Below are positions 39,192 through 51,208 of a DNA stretch of 64,000 nt, in pieces (position 1 is the first letter of the stretch; each line of letters begins with the position of its first letter). The position numbers were made by a program, and so were the translations under genes. Under the pieces are notes generated by a model. That model saw nothing but the letters and a program-made list of their open reading frames with translations, did no database searches and had not been told where the DNA came from. The stretch covers positions 31,992,001 through 32,056,000 of the forward strand of contig OZ249438.1 in assembly GCA_965235115.1 (NCBI GenBank). Direction: 5' to 3'. The DNA comes from Laetmonice hystrix. Taxonomy: Eukaryota.

Positions 39192-42100
39192 TATCTTTCA
39201 CCTCGTAAATCAACAAAGGCCGACATCTAAGAAGTGAATTCTTATTCCGATATATATAATTTGTTAAAGAATTGGGAATTCATATCGAAATGGAGAAAAG
39301 ATGCATGACAGGCGAATATATGTCGATGGCTTTTATTGTACACAGTATGAAACAAGTGCACTGACATCCTTAGTAATACGTTGTAATTTCTATAGACTGT
39401 ACCGCCTGACTTATTCTCCAGGTCTTGGACCAATTGTAAACGGCCGATGTTATCTTGGTGTGATCTGTCGAACACTCGCCGCTCGGATCGACACCAGACA
39501 TCAAGGCTGACCTTGAAGAATTTTACGATACAATCTGAACCAGTTCAAGTATCTAATCTTCTAGGAAGCAGGTTTATAAGTGTAAAGACACTGAGCTTGG
39601 CCAGGGGACCACAGTCACGAGACCTAAATGTAAATTTAATAGCCCCGCCATTGCTGTGAGCTGGCCATTAGCCTGCCCAGTCACAGCCATAAACTCTCAG
39701 GTAATGTGGCTTGGCTGCCTTGCGTTCCAACACCAACTGAGCAAGAAAAGGGGCGTAAAAAACGCATTGGGGTGATTACAGACACTCTGGGTCAGTTGAG
39801 GTTTTATACCCCAGTATCAAACGGACCCAGGCAGTTGCGCCGGGGCCTGTGCTGCAGCCATGTACTGTGAATACCTTTACAAGCGTCACTAATAAAAACC
39901 TAGGTGTCATCAAAGATCACTTGAGAATATTTTAACCATCCATTAGGTGAGACATTGTTCAAAGCAATTGTGGGCCGAAGTACCACGTATGGCCGTTTCA
40001 TTTAGTCGTTTATTTGAGCAAAAAAACTATTGGTTCATCCACATCCAACGACGCTTCTTCACATCTAACCAAAATTAGTCTGTAAAGGAGCAAGGCATCG
40101 AAATTTCATCACAATATTTAGATTTGAGATGAATTTTGCCGTCTGTAATAACATTCTGCATATAATAGTCTTATATGGACCTATATCTTATACAATCTTT
40201 TAATTTGTTGGCACAACACCCCTGCGAAATCAAAACATCGAGTTTGGTACTTGGAATTGGTGAACCCCAGGTCAACCCCAATCATAAACATACCTCCATT
40301 TTAAAAGACATGTCATGCAGTACTGCTGTAGAATCAGTCCTTAACCCGAGCAGTTGTACAATAACGAAGGAACAATTCCTGATATAATGGGACCTCCAGT
40401 ATCAGGAACTGTCGGCGGCAGTGGGCCATGAATTCTGACACACTTTAAATCTGGAGGGGACAAAACACTAAAATTTGCGACAAAACGTTCAGACACGAAG
40501 TGGAAGGCGCATCATTGGACTCATTCGTCAGGTATACATATCACCGCCAACGTCAATAACCACGGTATTCCTTCATAGGTCTCCGTTTCCATTGTTGACA
40601 CAACCAAACTCTTCTGCATTAAACTGCCTTCAGTTGAAAATGACTTGTAGTTTTGGGGTTGTACCAGGATCGAGGAACAGCTGACCTTCACCCCTCCCCT
40701 CCCCACGTGTGTCAAAACATTCCGCGTGTGCCCAATTACGGCACTCCCTAGCCACGGCCTTTCATTATCTTGAACTTAGTGAAAGGTGCGCAACAATTGC
40801 TTCTGATTGGTGTTCCTGTGAGATTACACCATGCCTCTTTGGGTATGCATGTTTTGGTTACACGCATTTTTCTGTGTACTTGCCACCGAGTAGCAAAGGA
40901 AAATCTTACCCCACGCATACAACTGCGTGCAGTAATGGCATGCAAATTGTAGAATATTAGTTGGTTTACCTTATCAGGACCGCATGACACTCAATTCTTA
41001 ATTGCTTCATTATATATAAGATCAAACAACCCTGTGAGAAGCTGCGGTGAGGTAATAGGCCTGACTGTCAGGGTTGTGCACTGAGAGAACTCATGCTGGT
41101 GACTTCTGTGCCCCATAACTCCACAGTGAAAGTGCCAACCTCCGTTTTCGACAACGATAATTAGCAAGAACACATTTAAACATACTTAGTACACCATAAC
41201 CCAGAACGACACTCCTCTACAGAGACTAATCATAGATTTCTCTGCTCCCACGCTTGTTTACCAAGTTGTTGCTGTGCACAAGCCAAATACACCCATGTCC
41301 AATTTACTACTGGCAAGGCTTTGGGGAGACCGTGAACGTTTCTCCAACCTGTACTAATTCAGTTAACGAGGTGCCTAAAGCTGGGATTACCATCACTGTC
41401 ATTCCACAACATGCTCCACTGGCTGGGGATGACAGACCTCAGCTAGGCGGACTGCCTCTATTCATGAGCAGCATGCGATGTCAATGGCTTGGCTGGAGGG
41501 GGTTTCGCTGGTGCTGTCCAAAAGCTGGCACTCGCCATGCCCGAACGCCAGCTCCCATTGTTTCGTGGCACTCGCCCTGTGATGGAAGGCCTCGGCCCAC
41601 TGGGCGCCGGCCATTATCTATCATCATCCCTATCACTTCTGCCATCCCTTAGTCACAAAAAACTCGCCCCACAACAACAAAAAGACACCGGGTCTTTGAC
41701 ACCCTGGACATTGCTCTTTGATGATATAGCCCTTAAAAGTGTTAACCCGACGCCTTTCCTAACTCTGCTGTTTCCTTGTTGCGGCACCTTCAGACAGAAG
41801 AAGGTCCAACCCCTGGCCACCCGCGGACTACTGCACCACTCGACAAAAAGGTTCTTAACTAATTAATTCGCCCAGAACTCAGGCTCTAGTTTCAGTGGTT
41901 TGAAGGCACGTACGAACCAGTGAGTAATGGCATGCCTACATTATAAACTTTCTGGCTCGGTCTCTGCAGGAATTTCAAGTCCTGCCAACTCCTGTAGGGG
42001 CCCCAGACCACAGTCATGACGCCTGCAGTGAGTCAAGCGTGCCCACTTTCTAATCATCCAAGTTTTCAGACTCTGCCGCTGGTCACACTTGAATGGCTAT

Positions 42101-42474
42101 TATAACAATCACATCTCGTGGATCCTTGACTTGCACTGACCCTGACTTAACCCCAACTGCCAGCCCTCTAGCGGTGGCCGCACGTAAGGCGTCATAATCA
42201 AAACAATTTATCGGAACAATTGATCATAATGGCGAGTGTCCGCAGGGAATGTTGGGCTTGTGAGGATGGCATTGACAACGATATGACATTACGTATGCAG
42301 TCAGGACTCATTACCTCATCCAGCTAAATGGACAAATGGTGTCCTTGTCCGAACTCTGACAGTCTACTGGCCAGCCGGTTCGGCCAGCCATCATACGGGC
42401 CATACTTCTGGTCCTGCCCCATCGGACAGCAAGGATCCATCACTCACTCAGTCTGATTTATGACCTCACAGTCA

Positions 42475-42675
42475 CAGTCAGTCAGTGGGTGTTGTATGAA
42501 CCTGGCAATCTGTCAGTACACGTTGCAGTTAATCAGTCAGTTCACGTGGTAGGTACCCGTCAGTCAGTCAGGTTGTGCAGTCAGTCATTAGCCCGAAACA
42601 TTGCATGAACCAGTCAGTCCGGCAGTCAGTACACGTTGTATGAACCCGGTAGTATGAACCAGTCAGTCAGTCAGT
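42475..42675. repeat. Degenerate (CAGT)n microsatellite with recurring RTGAACC motifs
   Basis: Multiple cagtcagtcag runs read directly. Confidence 0.7.
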
Positions 42676-43295
42676 CGGTGGGTCCTGTGACCCACCAGGA
42701 AGCTGCGCCCGGATACAAATCTCCAGCTGACCCCACCATGACTCGATTCAGAATCATGTCCATTGGCCGAAACCTCATCTGTGCCCCCAGCTATAAGTCA
42801 ATGGGTCTTGCCAACAATACCAAAGCAGTGAGTGTTCAAAATTATCTTTAGTGAGCGAATTCAGGAATGGGCAAGACAGTACTCCGTCAAACGACAGAGC
42901 CGCTGAGGGCCATACTCATACCGGTACATGATGAGTCAGGTAGGACTGACTGCCTGATGCTTCAATAAAATCATTGTCTACACGGCATATGCCAGTCATG
43001 ATCAATGGACATAAAAATCACGTGCATGCGTATTTATATCTGGACAAGGCCATGGTTACTAGAACAAAGATACAGACCTAGTACTGTATCCTTATATGGA
43101 GGAAGGGGTTATCAGTTAACCCCTCCCCGTCTTTACATCCACATTTCCTTCCCGTGGACAGTAAACGGGCAGGTAACCAGATTTATAACCGGATCGCCTC
43201 AATGAGGCATGATGTGTAGATTTTATTTTCGCTTAAAATTTATAAACAAAATGTAAGAAGCTTATATATCACTTATGAGATTCTCTTGCATTCAG

Positions 43296-43372
43296 ATAAT
43301 GGTAATTTGAAAATATCATCAGGTGTGAAAGCAAGCAGAGAACAAAGGTCCTTCTTTCTGAGCCGAGAAGAG
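43296..43372 (+). CDS. Candidate 77-nt exon (D)NGNLKISSGVKASREQRSFFLSREE, phase 1 to 0
   Basis: Strong acceptor ttctcttgcattcag, donor GAG|gtgtgt, only one frame open. Confidence 0.3.
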
Positions 43373-45122
43373 GTGTGTCAATAAATAGACACACAATGCG
43401 AACACTATCACCTTGAGGTAGTTATACGATTTGTTGCCACACGTCAGGTGAGGCTCACTGACCACAAAAAGTTGAATTTTTTTAAACTTCTTTTTTATGG
43501 TACATCGGCGTGCCGAATCGATAGGCAGGAAATGAAACTATTACTTACATACTGCCAACTTATACGGGTCAAATTGGGTTACAACACGGGGGGAGTGTAC
43601 TAGTATGAGGGGCCCCAGCACACAGTATAACAGGAGGTGTAGAGAAGAAGTGAGGCTCTATAAAAGATGCGGGGCTGGCACTGCCAAACAATATCTCCTA
43701 CTCTGGGTAACGAGCCAGGTTACAGACAACATGTAATTTAAAAGCACTCCACTAAATGTAGCATTACTTTTTTCCACATTTGAAAGACTCATTTTAGGCG
43801 GTCTTGCGAGCAACGTATATGACAAGCATTTTTCGTATTGTGCTAAGCACTGCGGGACATGCGATTTGACAAGGCCAACAGTGTGATGTCATACACATCT
43901 TGTGAAGTCTGACTGGAAAATTGTGTTGAAGACACACGGGGTTTATTCGAAAGGTCATGACATGCGTGACGTTGTGTTGGTCACAGGTGTACATGACATT
44001 TCAGTTCGGTCGTGGTGGTGGGCCAACATTGAGAATCGCATGTCTGTGTCTGTCGTGATATGACCAAATCAACCTTGGGTCGCCTACTCAACCATGTTTA
44101 AGTTTGATTTGTGAGAATATCATATGTCCAACATTGTCTTTCAACCCCCACCTCCTACTCTCGGCCTGATGTCATTCGATTGGCTGGTATGTAAAAAAGA
44201 CAATATAAAAACAATATAAAAACAATATGAATTGAAAATCGATGTTTATCTATCATGGGAATATATTTCCTAAACAGTTTGTAAGGCATGATTTCTGTTG
44301 TCCACATCAATCACGAGTACTGGTATCACCTACATGGTTAAATCATAGATGACCAACCTCAGTGGAACCTTTGTAAATCACGGATTTTTGTCCCTCTGTC
44401 TCCTCAATGTATCTACACCTGACATGTGAAAGGTACTTTCCTTGTACTAGGCTGGGCTGGCGCTTACTGACAAGATGATACATGCATTCCCCCTAATATT
44501 GCCCTTTCCATACTTTCACACTGCCAAGACAACTGTTTATTGTATATACTTTCACACCACTGAGGTTCACTAAACTGTATACTTTTGTCTTCACAATATT
44601 CCTGAGGACTTCATAACCCGATATTGAGTTGTTTCCTATTCCAAATACACTCCAACCTGTTTGACTTGTAATGTAACAAAGTCTGTCTGAACATTCATGA
44701 CGCCAGAAACTACTACACTAAGTTGTTTATATAAAGTAATTCTTTCTCTTCAAGTTCTATAGAATCATTATGTTTCAGTCATATAGCCAAGGTGAATCTA
44801 ATGGTCGAATATCAAACAAATCGTGGTTACTGATGGGTTGAAATAACTTTATTTGTTAAACCTTTCACTGATTGATGATGAAGGAGCAGATAAAAAGACA
44901 TATTAGCACATCCCATACCATTTCATAGTCATATATCTTAGCTTCAAAAAAACCAAATAGACCTAAATAATCACACAAAATGGGCCGAGGGCAACATTTA
45001 TCATTATGGCATACGTTCATATCGGTTGCGTCCTGTCCGACAATGGTTGCCGGAGAAAAACGTCCGAATTTGTAGTAGCTGTCTCTACGTGTTGAGGAGG
45101 CGGGATCGATTTGTTTACATAC

Positions 45123-45278
45123 CAACCGAACGGGTTCTATGTAAACATCCGTATTGTCCCTGGCTGACTCCTGCCTAGTCATCACCCATTCGTCCTCCTC
45201 TCGCCTGGACATGATGACAGTGACCACCAGCTGACCAGTTGAATTAACCAGCTGACCAGGGCCACACGTGACGTGCTC
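45123..45278 (-). CDS. Candidate exon EHVTCGPGQLVNSTGQLVVTVIMSRREEDEWVMTRQESARDNTDVYIEPVRL, phase 0-0; 5' boundary uncertain
   Basis: Lies in the longest non-repetitive ORF (44865-45350). Donor TTG|gtatgt, acceptor cctcctggtacag. An internal 21-nt duplication preserves frame. Confidence 0.4.
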
Positions 45279-46860
45279 CTGTACCAGGAGGTGATGGCGG
45301 AGGTCAACCCCAGCGCTGACCTCGGGCCAGTCGATGACCAGGTTGATCACACCACCGAATCATGTCGAGGTTGTTGACCGGACGACAACAACTGCTCGCT
45401 AACGTCAGGCCGAGCAATGTGTGGCATCCCATGGATCGGTCTGACCGCCCTCACACACCCGCCCCGGGTCTTTCTCAAGTCGTTCGTGCTCCTGATAATG
45501 TCGTCTCTTTGTGTTGCGGGTTGTATGTGTATATAATGTATGAACATCGAGTCCGAGCATCCTCATCCGGACTGACTTTGTCAAGTGATGTAAGCGTTGA
45601 ATGGGGCCAACTAACGGGGAATAAATAAAACCTAGGCCAACAGGAACTAACGATAATTCTTTCATTGAAATTAACCACATAAATGGGAAGGAAAACTCTC
45701 CCCATGCCTTACTTACAGAGGCAGAATATTTCATTATTTCCTTGAAAGTCACCGTTTTTACAACAGAAGCTCATTATGATCTTTATATCTGAATATCAAG
45801 TCAGGACGAATGATCACACTATGATGAAGGAGTTTGATCTCTAAAGTCCATTGAGATTATTATGAACCATGCTGCTGGAGTCTGCAGCCTGACGTGGTCG
45901 ATCCATAGCTTCCTGTGGCCAGGAAAATTCCCCTTACATCTATTTTTAGATTCCATTCATGGCCCAGGCAAGTTCTTGAAAACCGGAAGACAGAGATGAT
46001 ACATCCACATTGTGACAGTCACATGTTACTTCTATTCTAAGCCCTGATGTCAACACTCATGGCATATTGTTTATGCATCAGAATCCACCCATAATCGAAT
46101 GTATACCTTATGGACAGTATTTGATGACCCTCTGGTCAATTTACGCCGAGTTATGTCCCTTCCTGGTATTATAATGTTTCACGGACTGCCCCAGGAAATG
46201 CATCCGCTACTAATACACGGCGGTAATGCTCTGGTAATATTCTGGCCATGTTTCTATACATGTTTGGAAGCGTCTACATATTGATTCAATGGTTTCCTGG
46301 ACGGCTCTATACACGAAAGCATACAAAATACATGTAGATAGCGAAATTTGGTGGAAACAACGAAAGATCCAGGACTATCCCGAAATACCGGTATTTAATG
46401 AGTCGGTATATCGGTATTTCGATACGGTACTGGGGTTAAAGTTACTTTATTTCAACCCCCCCCCCCACTATAAGCTTTCACCAACTACATGTACATGTAC
46501 ACCAGCCCAGAATCAACCAAATCAAAAACAGATGGGCACCGATTTGTTCATAAGGGAATGGGCCCCATACATTATGCGTCATCGGTCGATCTAGCTCATG
46601 GGCCAATGGACCTGACAACGGGTGCTCCATCGGCCGATGGCCAACCCGTTGGACGATCCGCCGTTGGTTCTGATCCATGGGCCGATGGGTTCGGAGTTTA
46701 CGCTGTTGGTGATCTGATCCGTCGGTGGACATCTTTTGCGACAAAGAGACGGAAACGTGGCCTTGCCTGACTAGCTCTCATTTCAATGACTCCAAAATGT
46801 AGACATCGGCTGTTAGGTTAGATAAAGGAAATGGACCGATAGAAAACCATTTATGACTGT

Positions 46861-47806
46861 GGTCTTATCCTTCCGGGCGGACGATGCCCTCACCTCTCCG
46901 GCCGGACGATGCCCTCACCTGTCCGGTCGGATGATGCCCTCACCTGTCCGGCCGGACGATGCCCTCACCTCTCCGACCAGATGATGCCCTCATCTCTCCG
47001 ACCGGACAATGCCCTCATCTCTCCGACCGGACCATGCCCTCATCTCTCCGGCCGGACGACGCCCTCATCTCTCCGGCCGGACGATGCCCTCATCTCTCCG
47101 ACCGGACGATGCCCTCATCTCTCCGACCGGACGACGCCCTCACCTCTCCGGCCGGACGATGCCCTCACCTGTCCGGCCGGATGATGCCCTCACCTGTCCG
47201 GCCGAATGATGCCCTCACCTGTCCTGCCGGATGATGCCCTCATCTCTTCGACCGGACAATGTCCTCATCTTCCGGGCCGGACAGGTGAGGGCATCATCCG
47301 GCCACAAGATGCCCTCATCTCTCCGACCGGACGATGCCCTCATCTCTCCGGCCGGACGATGCCCTCACCTGTCCGGCCGGATGATGACCTCCCCTCTCCG
47401 GCCGGATGATGCCCCATCTGTCCGGCCGGATTATGACCTCATCTGTCCGGCCGGATGATGACCTCATCTGTCCAGCTGGATGATGACCTCATCTGTCCGG
47501 CTGGATGATGCCCCCATCTGTCCGGCCGGATGATGACCTCATCTCTCCGGCCGGATGATGACCTCACCTCTCCGGTCGGACGATGCCCCCACCTCACGGG
47601 CCGGACGATGCCCTCACCTGTCCGGCCGGATGATGCCCTCACCTATCCGGCCGGATGATGACCTCATCTGTCCGGCTGGATGATGCCCCTATCTGTCCAA
47701 CTGGATGATGCCCCCGTCTGTCTGGCCGGATAATGCCCCCATCTGTCCAGCTGGACGATGCCCCATCTGTCCGGCTGGATGATGCCCCCCCCGGCTGGAT
47801 GAGACC
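46861..47806. repeat. CpG-rich 25-bp minisatellite, about 36 diverged copies, bounded by 17-bp inverted termini
   Basis: Unit CGGAYGATGCCCTCAYCTSTCCGGC; ends GGTCTTATCCTTCCGGG and CCCGGCTGGATGAGACC match 14/17 as inverted repeats. Confidence 0.93.
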
Positions 47807-47980
47807 CTTTAAGACGATCAGCCACGATCAGCCACACAGAAGAAATTCGTCTCGTGTTTCAAATTCATTCTTCCTAGCTTTTCTTCTACGGGCAGATTGT
47901 CTCCAATTTGTTAGCTTCCTTTGTCTGCAATCATTTTTCAGATATACTATTTTAAACCTAATTTTCAAAATAATCTATAG

Positions 47981-48058
47981 TTTGTTTCACGGACAACGTG
48001 CACGAATTCTTCCACGACCTTTCTTGGTATCTCAGCCTTCCTGATTATTGCTGGTCAG
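47981..48058 (+). CDS. Candidate 78-nt exon; two frames open (CFTDNVHEFFHDLSWYLSLPDYCWS or FVSRTTCTNSSTTFLGISAFLIIAGQ)
   Basis: Branch-like cctaat, acceptor taatctatag, donor CAG|gtattt, length divisible by 3. Confidence 0.3.
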
Positions 48059-50963
48059 GTATTTTGTAGGTTTGGAATCCTGCTTCCCTGTATAGAGAGA
48101 GAATCCTGACATAGTTTGTTGGCATGGTTCCTGCTCATTGACACTGAGAACACATGGAGAACTCTGACAGAGACAAATTACACCACTCTGCCCGCCACCC
48201 TCTCATTTTACTTCGCCAAAGTATTCGCCGATTTCAAGCAGAGAAATTTTCCTGCTGAATTCCTTTCTTAAATCCCCTTCTTCCATTATATTATTTCATG
48301 GATCAAAAAATGCTTTTTCTATGGTGGGATGTAATAATATAAATAAAAACAGACGAACTAAGTTTGAACCTATCTGTGTGGTGTGTTTGTGGGTGTGAGC
48401 TGGCCCCAGGGGAGCGGGTCAGGCCCGGCTCACCCCACCACCGATCGCTCAGATGGGGGCGTGGAGCTGAGAACGATGAGGTGTGATGTCAGAGATCCGT
48501 TTGACATGATCGAGGGCCACGGGCAAAGATCTGAGATCCGAGATCTGGGAAGGTCGCTTCCAAACTGTGGCCAGTGACCGCGGTGGGTGACAGAGAAAAA
48601 CGTTACTCCCACCCCGGGCGCCGACTGACAGATCGAGCAGTCGGTCTCCTATCCTGAAGTTCCCGTGACGAGGTCGTTCAATTAACACCAGTGTATAGTC
48701 GGAGATGCTGGCGAGAATGGGAACTCGTCAGACAGGATCAGTCCTACCCTACACTGCTGCCAACCACCAACAGGCAACCTTTCACAGACTTCACGACGGC
48801 CACCAATCAACTTCCATACATGGGGGCACCTGCCCCTCACAACCACACAACCCCACCAGTATCACTTCGAGACGTGACTGGCATCCTTGATAACCATAAC
48901 TGAAGTGCAAAAAAATGATGACGTAGAAAATATAAATCTCCCTAAAAATAACTTATGTCTTCTTACATTTGACACGACTGATAAACTTAAGGTCGCAACC
49001 CCGTCTCATATAAGGAGTGTGCTACCTATCCGGCATCTTTTATTCTACCTTTCCGACATCTACAGCAAAACTAACCGCTGTTCTTCTCTCAAAGTCGAGA
49101 TTTCTTTCTTTCTACCATAAGATAACAAATCCCCTCACCTTCCACAGAAAAAATAAGGGGTACAGTCTTGGTACCACAGATCTACTCTGCATTAGCATTC
49201 ACAAATAAAGGGAACAAAATACTACAGCGAAACGTATTTTCTTCACCCTCTAATACTCATGTGGCCCACAGCAATACTCCGGCAAATCGATCAAACGTCT
49301 GATAGCATCTAGCATCTATTTAAAGAGAGAATCCCAGACGAATATACTTGGTCTTCTCAGATAGAAAAATCGACAGGAGTTTCCGGCTTTTAAGTCAAGG
49401 TTAAACGAAAGTCAGTCATGAATTGCCTTTCAAAGGGTTGAATTACTGCCCACCTTGTAATCGTTGTTTGCCGAGCGATTTCTGACGCTGCTAGAACCAT
49501 TTGGTTGTAATCATTAGAAGAGTTTTTTAAGGGGACTTCATGTACCGTGTAGTCAGGCCCTAACGTTTTTACTAGACTGAAGAGCTTTGCTCAGACTCTT
49601 CTGAGGTATTTTGGATATCTGGAATAACTCTTCAAAACTGTCTCAAAAAGTTGTTGCTGTTTTTTTGTATTCATTCTTTGCCAAATTAGGGAAGGGGAGC
49701 TTTTCAGTAAGGCTATACTTAAGTTTATCATAGCTCCGGGGATTGATTTAAATTGAGACTACTATATTCTGGTAGAAGAGAATTGACCGGGAGCCACTAG
49801 TTGTCAAGAGAGAGGTGGCCTGGTAAACGCTACAGTCAACAGAGATGAATCAATGATGTTATCTTCCGGTACAAATATATTACAATGACAAGAATCACGA
49901 GACGCCTTGTCCAGGTAACAATAGCAATACCATTACAACACAGGATTTGTGCCTTGGGCGATAGTGAACAAACACCTCCTCTATTTCATTTCAGACCATG
50001 AAAAAGCAAAAGTGTGAAAACAAGCCATTTCTTGAGTCACTCAGCTTGCGCCTTTGAATGCAGACTCGGTGGGTTGGATCAGCCTTCAGGTAACATTGGA
50101 CAATGATCGCCCATAGAGGGCAGCACTGCTGACACTGCCTCACCTCAAACACAAAAGAGGTGGCGATCACAGGAGAAAATCCTGGAAGCCCGCTTGTAAA
50201 CCCTTGAATGGGTCTTTGAGGCAATCAATTGCTTATCGGAGGCTGGTACAAAAGAACACCTCTGTTGACGACGACAGCGGTGGGCGCTGAGACAGGTGCG
50301 AAGACAGCGCCCTCCAGGTGAGAATCTAATGTTCCACGGTCGAGCGCCTTCACAGGATCCAGCCCGACCCTAAAACCCCGAACCCGACGGCTCTGTAACC
50401 CACTGCACACCTTTCAATCACCATTCACACCTGGCCACAACAAACCTGTATTTATTGCCTTACCCGAATAGGATGCACAAAGAAAGGTAAGGAGGAAAGA
50501 CAATGAACAAGTGAAGAGTGAGGCCCATACACCCGACATGTGGCCCATGGTTCAACACGTTGGTCCACTCAATGGTGAACCGTTAAGCAATCACCTCATT
50601 GAAGACTTCCTGAATTACCACGGAAAATCGGCGCAGATTACAGCTGAGAATCGCAGCGGAAATAATGGCAAATTATCACGACGTCCTTCAGAGAGGAAGG
50701 GGCAACTTCAGGGGCAGCTCCCGATGGGGAAGGGGTGTCAAATGAAATGTTCAGCACTTCTGTTTTACACCAAATAAGAGGGAAGTGTTTAAAACTAAGA
50801 AATCCACGACTCTCACGACTCGTGACGTTACAGTGTGCGGAACTTGGCACATCACCTCTTCATGTTATCTAACGAGGCACTGATATGATTACAATTAAGC
50901 TTCATAAATTCGTTTAATCTTAAATAGTAAATCTCTCCGTGCCGTCAATCAATTTACAGAAAT

Positions 50964-51208
50964 CAGATCCCTGTAGCCAGGATTTCCAAAGGGATGGGTC
51001 GTTTGGGGGGGGGGGGGTGAAGGAGTGGATTATTATTTTATAAAAGGTGGACGTTTTGGGTGAAAATAGACTTCTTCGCCGAAAACTGGCAAGAATATAA
51101 AATTGCAGGACATATACTTTTTTTTGTAAAAAAGGGAAAAAGTGTCCCCGGGGTCCGACCGCCCCTCACCCCCACCCCACCCAACCCGCACCCCCGGCTA
51201 CGGGTCTG
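50964..51208. mobile_element. 245-bp MITE-like element with imperfect TIRs
   Basis: Left CAGATCCCTGTAGCCAGG versus reverse complement of right end CAGACCCGTAGCCGGG. G-rich left and C-rich right subtermini. No TSD recognisable. Confidence 0.6.

Noticed and set aside
45190-45536. + strand frame with several TGA codons (e.g. SCRGC*PDD) suggesting a selenoprotein
   Set aside because: The TGAs are the antisense of TCA codons in the open minus-strand frame, which is the simpler reading
37353-49901. 16-bp exact inverted match (37353-37368 versus 49886-49901)
   Set aside because: About one such match is expected by chance in 64 kb
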